From positions 1 to 64,000 of the forward strand of contig JAUCBJ010002800.1 of NCBI GenBank assembly GCA_032718475.1: a DNA stretch of 64,000 nt, in the 5' to 3' direction. Under the pieces are notes generated by a model. It made no database searches, was not told the DNA's origin, and saw nothing but the letters and a program-made list of their open reading frames with translations. A program made the position numbers and the translations under genes. Positions 22,301 to 37,300 of this stretch are shown here, one piece after another (position 1 is the first letter of the stretch; each line of letters opens with the position of its first letter). The DNA is from Nemertoderma westbladi. Taxonomy: Eukaryota > Animalia > Xenacoelomorpha.

Positions 22301-25300
22301 TATTTGTTACCCAAGGAGTAATTAAAGTTATTGGCTACTCATGGAGTAATTAAAGTTATATTGGCTACCCATGGAGTAATTGAAGTTATATTGGCTAGCC
22401 ATGGAGTAATTAAAGTTATATTGGCTACCCAAGGAGTAATTAAAGTTATATTGGCTACCCATGGAGTAATTAAAGTTATATTTGCTACCCAAGGAGTAAT
22501 TAAAGTTATATTGGCTACCCATGGAGTAATTAAAGTTATATTGGTTACCCATGGAGTAATTAAAGTTATATTGGCTACCCAAGGAGTAATTAAAGTTATA
22601 TTGGCTGCACATGAAGTAATTGAAGTTATATTGGCTAGCCATGGAGTAATTAAAGTTATATTGGCTACCCAAGGAGTAATTAAAGTTATATTGGTTGCAC
22701 ATGGAGTAATTAAAGTTATATTTGTTACCCAAGGAGTAATTAAAGTTATTGGCTACTCATGGAGTAATTAAAGTTATATTGGCTACCCATGGAGTAATTG
22801 AAGTTATATTGGCTAGCCATGGAGTAATTAAAGTTATATTGGCTACCCATGGGGTAATTAAAGTTATATTGGCTACCCATGGAGTAATTAAAGTTATATT
22901 GGCTACCCATGGAGTAATTAAAGTTATATTGGCTACCCATGGAGTAATTAAAGTTATTGGCTACCCATGGAGTAATTAAAGTTATATTGGCGGAACATGG
23001 AGTAATTAAAGTTATATTGGCTACCCATGGAGTAATTAAAGTTATATTGGCTACCCAAGGAGTAATTAAAGTTATATTGGCTACCCATGGAGTAATTAAA
23101 GTTATATTGGCTACCCATGGAGTAATTAAAGTTATATTGGCTACCCAAGGAGTAATTAAAGTTATATTGGCTGCACATGGAGTAATTGAAGTTATATTGG
23201 CTAGTCATGGAGTAATTAAAGTTATATTGGCTACCCATGGAGTAATTAAAGTTATATTGGCTACCCATGGAGTAATTAAAGTTATATTGGCTACCCAAGG
23301 AGTAATTAAAGTTATATTGGCTGCACATGGAGTAATTAAAGTTATATTGGCTACCCATGGAGTAATTAAAGTTATATTGGCTGCACATGGAGTAATTAAA
23401 GTTATATTTGTTACCCAAGGAGTAATTAAAGTTATTGGCTATTCATGGAGTAATTAAAGTTATATTGGCTACCCATGGAGTAATTGAAGTTATATTGGCT
23501 AGCCATGGAGTAATTAAAGTTATATTGGCTACCCATGGAGTAATTAAAGTTATATTGGCTACCCATGGAGTAATTAAAGTTATATTGGCTACCCAAGGAG
23601 TAATTAAAGTTATATTGGCTGCACATGGAGTAATTAAAGTTATATTTGTTACCCAAGGAGTAATTAAAGTTATTGGCTACTCATGGATTAATTAAAGTTA
23701 TATTGGCTACCCATGGAGTAATTAAAGTTATATGGCTACCCATGGAGTAATTAAAGTTATATTGGCTACCCATGGAGTAATTAAAGTTATTGGCTACCCA
23801 TGGAGTAATTAAAGTTATATTGGCTACCCAAGGTGTAATTAAAGTTATATTGGCTACTCATGGAGTAATTAAAGTTATATTGGCTGCCCATGGAGTAATT
23901 AAAGTTATTGGCTGCCCATGGAGTAATTAAAGTTATATTGGCTACCCATGGAGTAATTAAAGTTATTGGCTACCCATGGAGTAATTAAAATTATATTGGC
24001 TACCCATGGAGTAATTGAAGTTATATTGGCTAGCCATGGAGTAATTAAAGTTATATTGGCTACCCATGGAGTAATTAAAGTTATATTGGCTACCCATGGA
24101 GTAATTAAAGTTATATTGGCGGAACATGGAGTAATTAAAGTTATATTGGCTACTCATGGAGTAATTAAAGTTATATTGGCTACCCGTGGAGTAATTAAAG
24201 TTATATTGGCTACCCATGGAGTAATTAAAGTTATATTGGCTACCCATGGAGTAATTAAAGTTATTGGCTACCCATGGAGTAATTAAAGTTATATTGGCTG
24301 CACATGGAGTAATTAAAGTTATATTGGCTACCCATGGAGTAATTAAAGTTATATTGGCTACCCATGGAGTAATTAAAGTTATATTGGCTACCCATGGAGT
24401 AATTAAAGTTATATTGGCTACCCATGGAGTAATTAAAGTTATATTGGCTACCCATGGAGTAATTAAAGTTATTGGCTACCCATGGAGTAATTAAAGTTAT
24501 ATTGGCGGAACATGGAGTAATTAAAGTTATATTGGCGGAACATGGAGTAATTAAAGTTATATTGGCTACTCATGGAGTAATTAAAGTTATATTGGCTACC
24601 CATGGAGTAATTAAAGTTATATTGGCTGCACATGGAGTAATTAAAGTTATATTGGCTACCCATGGAGTAATTAAAGTTATATTGGCTACCCATGGAGTAA
24701 TTAAAGTTATATGGCTACCCATGGAGTAATTAAAGTTATATTGGCTACCCATGGAGTAATTAAAGTTATTGGCTACCCATGGAGTAATTAAAGTTATATT
24801 GGCTACACATGGAGTAATTAAAGTTTTATTGGCTACCCATGGAGTAATTAAAGTTATATTGGCTACCCATGGAGTAATTAAAGTTATTGGCTACCCATGG
24901 AGTAATTAAAGTTATATTGGCTACACATGGAGTAATTAAAGTTTTATTGGCTACCCATGGAGTAATTAAAGTTATTGGCTACCCATGGAGTAATTAAAGT
25001 TATATTGGCTACACATGGAGTAATTAAAGTTTTATTGGCTACCCATGGAGTAATTAAAGTTATATTGGCTACCCATGGAGTAATTAAAGTTATTGGCTAC
25101 CCATGGAGTAATTAAAGTTATATTGGCTACACATGGAGTAATTAAAGTTTTATTGGCTACCCATGGAGTAATTAAAGTTATATTGGCTACCCATAGAGTA
25201 ATTAAAGTTTTATTGGCTACCCATGGAGTAATTAAAGTTATATTGGCTACCCATGGAGTAATTAAAGTTATATTGGCTACCCATGGAGTAATTAAAGTTA

Positions 25301-28300
25301 TATGGCTACCCATGGAGTAATTAAAGTTATTGGCTACCCATGGAGTAATTAAAGTTATATTGGCTACCCATGGAGTAATTAAAGTTATTGGCTACCCATG
25401 GAGTAATTAAAGTTATATTGGCTACACATGGAGTAATTAAAGTTTTATTGGCTACCCATGGAGTAATTAAAGTTATATTGGCTACCCATGGAGTAATTAA
25501 AGTTATATGGCTACCCATGGAGTAATTAAAGTTATTGGCTACCCATGGAGTAATTAAAGTTATTGGCTACCCATGGAGTAATTAAAGTTATATTGGCTAC
25601 CCATGGAGTAATTAAAGTTATATGGCTACCCATGGTGTAATTAAAGTTATTGGCTACCCATGGAGTAATTAAAGTTATATTGGCTACACATGGAGTAATT
25701 AAAATTATTGGCTACCCATGGAGTAATTAAAGTTATTGGCTACCCATGGAGTAATTAAAGTTATATTGGCTACCCATGGAGTAATTAAAGTTATATTGGC
25801 TACCCAAGGAGTAATTAAAGTTATTGGCTACCCATGGAGTAATTAAAGTTATTGGCTACCCATAGAGTAATTAAAGTTATATTGGCTACCCATGGAGTAA
25901 TTAAAGTTATATTGGCGGAACATGGAGTAATTAAAGTTATATTGGCTACCCATGGAGTAATTAAAGTTATATTGGCTACCCATGGAGTAATTAAAGTTAT
26001 ATTGGCTACCCATGGAGTAATTAAAGTTATATTGGCGGAACATGGAGTAATTAAAGTTATATTGGCTACCCATGGAGTAATTAAAGTTATATTGGCTACC
26101 CAAGGAGTAATTAAAGTTATATTGGCTACCCATGGAGTAATTAAAGTTATATTGGCTACCCATGGAGTAATTAAAGTTATATTTGCTACCCAAGGAGTAA
26201 TTAAAGTTATATTGGCTACCCATGGAGTAATTAAAGTTATATTGGCTGCACATGGAGTAATTAAAGTTATATTTGTTACCCAAGGAGTAATTAAAGTTAT
26301 TGGCTACTCATGGATTAATTAAAGTTATATTGGCTACCCATGGAGTAATTAAAGTTATATGGCTACCCATGGAGTAATTAAAGTTATATTGGCTACCCAT
26401 GGAGTAATTAAAGTTATTGGCTACCCATGGAGTAATTAAAGTTATATTGGCTACCCAAGGTGTAATTAAAGTTATATTGGCTACTCATGGAGTAATTAAA
26501 GTTATATTGGCTGCCCATGGAGTAATTAAAGTTATTGGCTGCCCATGGAGTAATTAAAGTTATATTGGCTACCCATGGAGTAATTAAAGTTATTGGCTAC
26601 CCATGGAGTAATTAAAATTATATTGGCTACCCATGGAGTAATTGAAGTTATATTGGCTAGCCATGGAGTAATTAAAGTTATATTGGCTACCCATGGAGTA
26701 ATTAAAGTTATATTGGCTACCCATGGAGTAATTAAAGTTATATTGGCGGAACATGGAGTAATTAAAGTTATATTGGCTACTCATGGAGTAATTAAAGTTA
26801 TATTGGCTACCCGTGGAGTAATTAAAGTTATATTGGCTACCCATGGAGTAATTAAAGTTATATTGGCTACCCATGGAGTAATTAAAGTTATTGGCTACCC
26901 ATGGAGTAATTAAAGTTATATTGGCTGCACATGGAGTAATTAAAGTTATATTGGCTACCCATGGAGTAATTAAAGTTATATTGGCTACCCATGGAGTAAT
27001 TAAAGTTATATTGGCTACCCATGGAGTAATTAAAGTTATATTGGCTACCCATGGAGTAATTAAAGTTATATTGGCTACCCATGGAGTAATTAAAGTTATT
27101 GGCTACCCATGGAGTAATTAAAGTTATATTGGCGGAACATGGAGTAATTAAAGTTATATTGGCGGAACATGGAGTAATTAAAGTTATATTGGCTACTCAT
27201 GGAGTAATTAAAGTTATATTGGCTACCCATGGAGTAATTAAAGTTATATTGGCTGCACATGGAGTAATTAAAGTTATATTGGCTACCCATGGAGTAATTA
27301 AAGTTATATTGGCTACCCATGGAGTAATTAAAGTTATATGGCTACCCATGGAGTAATTAAAGTTATATTGGCTACCCATGGAGTAATTAAAGTTATTGGC
27401 TACCCATGGAGTAATTAAAGTTATATTGGCTACACATGGAGTAATTAAAGTTTTATTGGCTACCCATGGAGTAATTAAAGTTATATTGGCTACCCATGGA
27501 GTAATTAAAGTTATTGGCTACCCATGGAGTAATTAAAGTTATATTGGCTACACATGGAGTAATTAAAGTTTTATTGGCTACCCATGGAGTAATTAAAGTT
27601 ATTGGCTACCCATGGAGTAATTAAAGTTATATTGGCTACACATGGAGTAATTAAAGTTTTATTGGCTACCCATGGAGTAATTAAAGTTATATTGGCTACC
27701 CATGGAGTAATTAAAGTTATTGGCTACCCATGGAGTAATTAAAGTTATATTGGCTACACATGGAGTAATTAAAGTTTTATTGGCTACCCATGGAGTAATT
27801 AAAGTTATATTGGCTACCCATAGAGTAATTAAAGTTTTATTGGCTACCCATGGAGTAATTAAAGTTATATTGGCTACCCATGGAGTAATTAAAGTTATAT
27901 TGGCTACCCATGGAGTAATTAAAGTTATCTGGCTACCCATGGAGTAATTAAAGTTATTGGCTACCCATGGAGTAATTAAAGTTATATTGGCTACCCATGG
28001 AGTAATTAAAGTTATTGGCTACCCATGGAGTAATTAAAGTTATATTGGCTACACATGGAGTAATTAAAGTTTTATTGGCTACCCATGGAGTAATTAAAGT
28101 TATATTGGCTACCCATGGAGTAATTAAAGTTATATGGCTACCCATGGAGTAATTAAAGTTATTGGCTACCCATGGAGTAATTAAAGTTATTGGCTACCCA
28201 TGGAGTAATTAAAGTTATATTGGCTACCCATGGAGTAATTAAAGTTATATGGCTACCCATGGTGTAATTAAAGTTATTGGCTACCCATGGAGTAATTAAA

Positions 28301-31300
28301 GTTATATTGGCTACACATGGAGTAATTAAAATTATTGGCTACCCATGGAGTAATTAAAGTTATTGGCTACCCATGGAGTAATTAAAGTTATATTGGCTAC
28401 CCATGGAGTAATTAAAGTTATATTGGCTACCCAAGGAGTAATTAAAGTTATTGGCTACCCATGGAGTAATTAAAGTTATTGGCTACCCATAGAGTAATTA
28501 AAGTTATATTGGCTACCCATGGAGTAATTAAAGTTATATTGGCGGAACATGGAGTAATTAAAGTTATATTGGCTACCCATGGAGTAATTAAAGTTATATT
28601 GGCTACCCATGGAGTAATTAAAGTTATATTGGCTACCCATGGAGTAATTAAAGTTATATTGGCGGAACATGGAGTAATTAAAGTTATATTGGCTACCCAT
28701 GGAGTAATTAAAGTTATATTGGCTACCCAAGGAGTAATTAAAGTTATATTGGCTACCCATGGAGTAATTAAAGTTATATTGGCTACCCATGGAGTAATTA
28801 AAGTTATATTTGCTACCCAAGGAGTAATTAAAGTTATATTGGCTACCCATGGAGTAATTAAAGTTATATTTGCTACCCAAGGAGTAATTAAAGTTATATT
28901 GGCTACCCATGGAGTAATTAAAGTTATATTGGCTACCCATGGAGTAATTAAAGTTATATTGGCTACCCAAGGAGTAATTAAAGTTATATTGGCTACCCAT
29001 GGAGTAATTAAAGTTATATTGGCTACCCATGGAGTAATTAAAGTTATATTGGCTACCCAAGGAGTAATTAAAGTTATATTGGCTACCCATGGAGTAATTA
29101 AAGTTATATTGGCTACCCAAGGAGTAATTAAAGTTATATTGGCTACCCATGGAGTAATTAAAGTTATATTTGCTACCCAAGGAGTAATTAAAGTTATATT
29201 GGCTACCCATGGAGTAATTAAAGTTATATTGGCTACCCATGGAGTAATTAAAGTTATATTGGCTACCCAAGGAGTAATTAAAGTTATATTGGCTGCACAT
29301 GGAGTAATTGAAGTTATATTGGCTAGCCATGGAGTAATTAAAGTTATATTGGCTACCCAAGGAGTAATTAAAGTTATATTGGCTGCACATGGAGTAATTA
29401 AAGTTATATTTGTTACCCAAGGAGTAATTAAAGTTATTGGCTACTCATGGAGTAATTAAAGTTATATTGGCTACCCATGGAGTAATTGAAGTTATATTGG
29501 CTAGCCATGGAGTAATTAAAGTTATATTTGCTACCCAAGGAGTAATTAAAGTTATATTGGCTACCCATGGAGTAATTAAAGTTATATTGGCTACCCATGG
29601 AGTAATTAAAGTTATATTGGCTACCCAAGGAGTAATTAAAGTTATATTGGCTGCACATGGAGTAATTGAAGTTATATTGGCTGCACATGGAGTAATTGAA
29701 GTTATATTGGCTAGCCATGGAGTAATTAAAGTTATATTTGCTACCCAAGGAGTAATTAAAGTTATATTGGCTACCCATGGAGTAATTAAAGTTATATTGT
29801 CTACCCATGGAGTAATTAAAGTTATATTGGCTACCCAAGGAGTAATTAAAGTTATATTGGCTACCCATGGAGTAATTAAAGTTATATTGGCTACCCATGG
29901 AGTAATTAAAGTTATATTGGCTACCCAAGGAGTAATTAAAGTTATATTGGCTACCCATGGAGTAATTAAAGTTATATTGGCTACCCAAGGAGTAATTAAA
30001 GTTATATTGGCTACCCATGGAGTAATTAAAGTTATATTTGCTACCCAAGGAGTAATTAAAGTTATATTGGCTACCCATGGAGTAATTAAAGTTATATTGG
30101 CTACCCATGGAGTAATTAAAGTTATATTGGCTACCCAAGGAGTAATTAAAGTTATATTGGCTGCACATGGAGTAATTGAAGTTATATTGGCTAGCCATGG
30201 AGTAATTAAAGTTATATTGGCTACCCAAGGAGTAATTAAAGTTATATTGGCTGCACATGGAGTAATTAAAGTTATATTTGTTACCCAAGGAGTAATTAAA
30301 GTTATTGGCTACTCATGGAGTAATTAAAGTTATATTGGCTACCCATGGAGTAATTGAAGTTATATTGGCTAGCCATGGAGTAATTAAAGTTATATTGGCT
30401 ACCCAAGGAGTAATTAAAGTTATATTGGCTACCCATGGAGTAATTAAAGTTATATTTGCTACCCAAGGAGTAATTAAAGTTATATTGGCTACCCATGGAG
30501 TAATTAAAGTTATATTGGTTACCCATGGAGTAATTAAAGTTATATTGGCTACCCAAGGAGTAATTAAAGTTATATTGGCTGCACATGAAGTAATTGAAGT
30601 TATATTGGCTAGCCATGGAGTAATTAAAGTTATATTGGCTACCCAAGGAGTAATTAAAGTTATATTGGTTGCACATGGAGTAATTAAAGTTATATTTGTT
30701 ACCCAAGGAGTAATTAAAGTTATTGGCTACTCATGGAGTAATTAAAGTTATATTGGCTACCCATGGAGTAATTGAAGTTATATTGGCTAGCCATGGAGTA
30801 ATTAAAGTTATATTGGCTACCCATGGAGTAATTAAAGTTATATTGGCTACCCATGGAGTAATTAAAGTTATATTGGCTACCCATGGAGTAATTAAAGTTA
30901 TATTGGCTACCCATGGAGTAATTAAAGTTATTGGCTACCCATGGAGTAATTAAAGTTATATTGGCGGAACATGGAGTAATTAAAGTTATATTGGCTACCC
31001 ATGGAGTAATTAAAGTTATATTGGCTACCCAAGGAGTAATTAAAGTTATATTGGCTACCCATGGAGTAATTAAAGTTATATTGGCTACCCATGGAGTAAT
31101 TAAAGTTATATTGGCTACCCAAGGAGTAATTAAAGTTATATTGGCTGCACATGGAGTAATTGAAGTTATATTGGCTAGTCATGGAGTAATTAAAGTTATA
31201 TTGGCTACCCATGGAGTAATTAAAGTTATATTGGCTACCCATGGAGTAATTAAAGTTATATTGGCTACCCAAGGAGTAATTAAAGTTATATTGGCTGCAC

Positions 31301-34300
31301 ATGGAGTAATTAAAGTTATATTTGTTACCCAAGGAGTAATTAAAGTTATTGGCTATTCATGGAGTAATTAAAGTTATATTGGCTACCCATGGAGTAATTG
31401 AAGTTATATTGGCTAGCCATGGAGTAATTAAAGTTATATTGGCTACCCATGGAGTAATTAAAGTTATATTGGCTACCCAAGGAGTAATTAAAGTTATATT
31501 GGCTACCCATGGAGTAATTAAAGTTATATTGGCTACCCAAGGAGTAATTAAAGTTATTGGCTACCCAAGGAGTAATTAAAGTTATATTGGCTACTCATGG
31601 AGTAATTAAAGTTATATTGGCTACCCATGGAGTAATTAAAGTTATATTTGTTACCCAAGGAGTAATTAAAGTTATTGGCTACTCATGGATTAATTAAAGT
31701 TATATTGGCTACCCATGGAGTAATTAAAGTTATATTGGCTACCCAAGGTGTAATTAAAGTTATATTGGCTACTCATGGAGTAATTAAAGTTATATCTGGC
31801 TGCCCATGGAGTAATTAAAGTTATTGGCTGCCCATGGAGTAATTAAAGTTATATTGGCTACCCATGGAGTAATTAAAGTTATTGGCTACCCATGGAGTAA
31901 TTAAAATTATATTGGCTACCCATGGAGTAATTGAAGTTATATTGGCTAGCCATGGAGTAATTAAAGTTATATTGGCTACCCATGGAGTAATTAAAGTTAT
32001 ATTGGCTACCCATGGAGTAATTAAAGTTATATTGGCGGAACATGGAGTAATTAAAGTTATATTGGCTACTCATGGAGTAATTAAAGTTATATTGGCTACC
32101 CGTGGAGTAATTAAAGTTATATTGGCTACCCATGGAGTAATTAAAGTTATATTGGCTACCCATGGAGTAATTAAAGTTATATTGGCTACCCATGGAGTAA
32201 TTAAAGTTATATTGGCTACCCATGGAGTAATTAAAGTTATATTGGCTACCCATGGAGTAATTAAAGTTATTGGCTACCCATGGAGTAATTACAGTTATTG
32301 GCTACCCAAGGAGTAATTAAAGTTATATTGGCTACCCATGGAGTAATTAAAGTTATATTGGCTACCCAAGGAGTAATTAAAGTTATATTGGCGGAACATG
32401 GAGTAATTAAAGTTATATTGGCGGAACATGGAGTAATTAAAGTTATATTGGCTACTCATGGAGTAATTAAAGTTACATTGGCTACCCATGGAGTAATTAA
32501 AGTTATTGGCTACCCATGGAGTAATTAAAGTTATATTGGCTACCCATGGAGTAATTAAAGTTATATTGGCTACCCATGGAGTAATTAAAGTTATATTGGC
32601 TACCCATGGAGTAATTAAAGTTATATTGGCTACCCATGGAGTAATTAAAGTTATTGGCTACCCATGGAGTAATTAAAGTTATATTGGCGGAACATGGAGT
32701 AATTAAAGTTATATTGGCGGAACATGGAGTAATTAAAGTTATATTGGCTACCCATGGAGTAATTAAAGTTATATTGGCTACCCATGGAGTAATTAAAGTT
32801 ATATTGGCTACCCATGGAGTAATTAAAGTTATATTGGCTACCCATGGAGTAATTAAAGTTATATTGGCTACCCATGGAGTAATTAAAGTTATTGGCTACC
32901 CATGGAGTAATTAAAGTTATATTGGCGGAACATGGAGTAATTAAAGTTATATTGGCGGAACATGGAGTAATTAAAGTTATATTGGCTACTCATGGAGTAA
33001 TTAAAGTTATATTGGCTACCCATGGAGTAATTAAAGTTATATTGGCTGCACATGGAGTAATTAAAGTTATATTGGCTACCCATGGAGTAATTAAAGTTAT
33101 ATTGGCTACCCATGGAGTAATTAAAGTTATATGGCTACCCATGGAGTAATTAAAGTTATATTGGCTACCCATGGAGTAATTAAAGTTATTGGCTACCCAT
33201 GGAGTAATTAAAGTTATATTGGCTACACATGGAGTAATTAAAGTTTTATTGGCTACCCATGGAGTAATTAAAGTTATATTGGCTACCCATGGAGTAATTA
33301 AAGTTATTGGCTACCCATGGAGTAATTAAAGTTATTGGCTACCCATGGAGTAATTAAAGTTATATTGGCGGAACATGGAGTAATTAAAGTTATATTGGCG
33401 GAACATGGAGTAATTAAAGTTATATTGGCTACTCATGGAGTAATTAAAGTTATATTGGCTACCCATGGAGTAATTAAAGTTATATTGGCTACCCATGGAG
33501 TAATTAAAGTTATTGGCTACCCATGGAGTAATTAAAGTTATATTGGCGGAACATGGAGTAATTAAAGTTATATTGGCGGAACATGGAGTAATTAAAGTTA
33601 TATTGGCTACTCATGGAGTAATTAAAGTTATATTGGCTACCCATGGAGTAATTAAAGTTATATTGGCTACCCATGGAGTAATTAAAGTTATATTGGCTAC
33701 CCATGGAGTAATTAAAGTTATATTGGCTACCCATGGAGTAATTAAAGTTATTGGCTACCCATGGAGTAATTAAAGTTATATTGGCGGAACATGGAGTAAT
33801 TAAAGTTATATTGGCGGAACATGGAGTAATTAAAGTTATATTGGCTACCCATGGAGTAATTAAAGTTATATTGGCTACCCATGGAGTAATTAAAGTTATA
33901 TTGGCTACCCATGGAGTAATTAAAGTTATATTGGCTACCCATGGAGTAATTAAAGTTATATTGGCTACCCAAGGAGTAATTAAAGTTATTGGCTACCCAA
34001 GGAGTAATTAAAGTTATATTGGCTACCCATGGAGTAATTAAAGTTATTGGCTACCCATGGAGTAATTAAAGTTATATTGGCTACCCATGGAGTAATTAAA
34101 GTTATATTGGCTACCCATGGAGTAATTAAAGTTATATTGGCTGCACATGGAGTAATTAAAGTTATATTGGCTACCCATGGAGTAATTAAAGTTATATTGG
34201 CTACCCAAGGAGTAATTAAAGTTATTGGCTACCCAAGGAGTAATTAAAGTTATATTGGCTACCCATGGAGTAATTAAAGTTATTGGCTACCCATGGAGTA

Positions 34301-37300
34301 ATTAAAGTTATATTGGCTACCCATGGAGTAATTAAAGTTATATTGGCTACCCATGGAGTAATTAAAGTTATATTGGCTGCACATGGAGTAATTAAAGTTA
34401 TATTGGCTGCACATGGAGTAATTAAAGTTATATTGGCTACCCATGGAGTAATTAAAGTTATATTGGCTGCACATGGAGTAATTAAAGTTATATTGGCTAC
34501 CCATGGAGTAATTAAAGTTATATTGGCTACCCATGGAGTAATTAAAGTTATATTGGCTACCCATGGAGTAATTAAAGTTATTGGCTACCCATGGAGTAAT
34601 TAAAGTTATATTGGCGGAACATGGAGTAATTAAAGTTATATTGTCGGAACATGGAGTAATTAAAGTTATATTGGCTACCCATGGAGTAATTAAAGTTATA
34701 TTGGCTACCCATGGAGTAATTAAAGTTATATTGGCTACCCATGGAGTAATTAAAGTTATATTGGCTACCCATGGAGTAATTAAAGTTATATTGGCTACCC
34801 AAGGAGTAATTAAAGTTATTGGCTACCCAAGGAGTAATTAAAGTTATATTGGCTACCCATGGAGTAATTAAAGTTATTGGCTACCCATGGAGTAATTAAA
34901 GTTATATTGGCTACCCATGGAGTAATTAAAGTTATATTGGCTACCCATGGAGTAATTAAAGTTATATTGGCTGCACATGGAGTAATTAAAGTTATATTGG
35001 CTACCCAAGGAGTAATTAAAGTTATATTGGCTACCCATGGAGTAATTAAAGTTATATTAGCTACTCCGTAATTAAAGTTATATTGGTTACCCAAGGAGTA
35101 ATTAAAGTTATATTGGCTACCCATGGAGTAATTAAAGTTATATTGGCTGCCCATGGAGTAATTAAAGTTATATTGGCTACCCAAGGAGTAATTAAAGTTA
35201 TATTAGCTACTCCGTAATTAAAGTTATATTGGTTACCCATGGAGTAATTAAAGTTATATTGGCTACCCATGGAGTAATTAAAGTTATATTGGCTGCCCAT
35301 GGAGTAATTAAAGTTATATTGGCTACCCAAGGAGTAATTAAAGTTATATTAGCTACTCCGTAATTAAAGTTATATTGGTTACCCATGGAGTAATTAAAGT
35401 TATATTGGCTACCCATGGAGTAATTAAAGTTATATTTGCTACCCAAGGAGTAATTAAAGTTATATTGGCTACCCATGGAGTAATTAAAGTTATATTGGCT
35501 ACCCATGGAGTAATTAAAGTTATTGGCTACCCAAGGAGTAATTAAAGTTATATTGGCTACCCATGGAGTAATTAAAGTTATATTGGCTACCCATGGAGTA
35601 ATTAAAGTTATATTGGCTACCCATGGAGTAATTAAAGTTATATTGGCTACCCATGGAGTAATTAAAGTTATATTGGCTACCCATGGAGTAATTAAAGTTA
35701 TATTGGCTGCACATGGAGTAATTAAAGTTATATTGGCTACCCATGGAGTAATTAAAGTTATATTGGCTACCCATGGAGTAATTAAAGTTATATTGGCTAC
35801 CCATGGAGTAATTAAAGTTATATTGGCTGCACATGGAGTAATTAAAGTTATATTGGCTACCCATGGAGTAATTAAAGTTATATTGGCTACCCATGGAGTA
35901 ATTAAAGTTATATTGGCTACCCAAGGAGTAATTAAAGTTATATTGGCTACCCAAGGAGTAATTAACGTTATATTGGCTACCCATGGAGTAATTAAAGTTA
36001 TATTGGCGGAACATGGAGTAATTAAAGTTATATTAGCTACCCATGGAGTAATTAAAGTTATATTGGCTACCCATGGAGTAATTAAAGTTATATTGGTTAC
36101 CCAAGGAGTAATTAAAGTTATATTAGCTACTCCGTAATTAAAGTTATATTGGCTACCCAAGGAGTAATTAAAGTTATATTGGCTACCCATGGAGTAATTA
36201 AAGTTATATTGGCTACCCATGGAGTAATTAAAGTTATATTGGCTGCACATGGAGTAATTAAAGTTATATTGGCTACCCATGGAGTAATTAAAGTTATATT
36301 GGCTGCACATGGAGTAATTAAAGTTATATTGGCTACCCATGGAGTAATTAAAGTTATATTGGCTACCCATGGAGTAATTAAAGTTATATTAGCTACTCCG
36401 TAATTAAAGTTATATTAGCTACTCCGTAATTAAAGTTATATTGGTTACCCATGGAGTAATTAAAGTTATATTGGCTACCCATGGAGTAATTAAAGTTATA
36501 TTGGTTACCCAAGGAGTAATTAAAGTTATATGAGCTACTCCGTAATTAAAGTTATATTAGCTACTCCGTAATTAAAGTTATATTGGTTACCCATGGAGTA
36601 ATTAAAGTTATATTGGCTACCCATGGAGTAATTAAAGTTATATTAGCTACTCCGTAATTAAAGTTATATTAGCTACTCCGTAATTAAAGTTATATTGGCT
36701 ACCCATGGAGTAATTAAAGTTATATTGGCTACCCAAGGAGTAATTAAAGTTATTGGTTACCCATGGAGTAATTAAAGTTATATTGGCTACCCATGGAGTA
36801 ATTAAAGTTATATTGGCTACCCATGGAGTAATTAAAGTTATATTGGCTACCTATGGAGTAATTAAAGTTATATTGGCTACCCAAGGAGTAATTAAAGTTA
36901 TATTGGCTACCCATGGAGTAATTAAAGTTATATTGGCTACCCATGGAGTAATTAAAGTTATATTGGCTACCCATGGAGTAATTAAAGTTATATTGGCTAC
37001 CTATGGAGTAATTAAAGTTATATTGGCTACCCAAGGAGTAATTAAAGTTATTGGCTACCCATGGAGTAATTAAAGTTATATTGGCTACCCATGGAGTAAT
37101 TAAAGTTATATTGGCTACCCATGGAGTAATTAAAGTTATATTGGCTACCTATGGAGTAATTAAAGTTATATTGGCTACCCAAGGAGTAATTAAAGTTATT
37201 GGCTACCCATGGAGTAATTAAAGTTATATTGGCTACCCATGGAGTAATTAAAGTTATATTGGCTACCCATGGAGTAATTAAAGTTATATTGGCTACCCAT

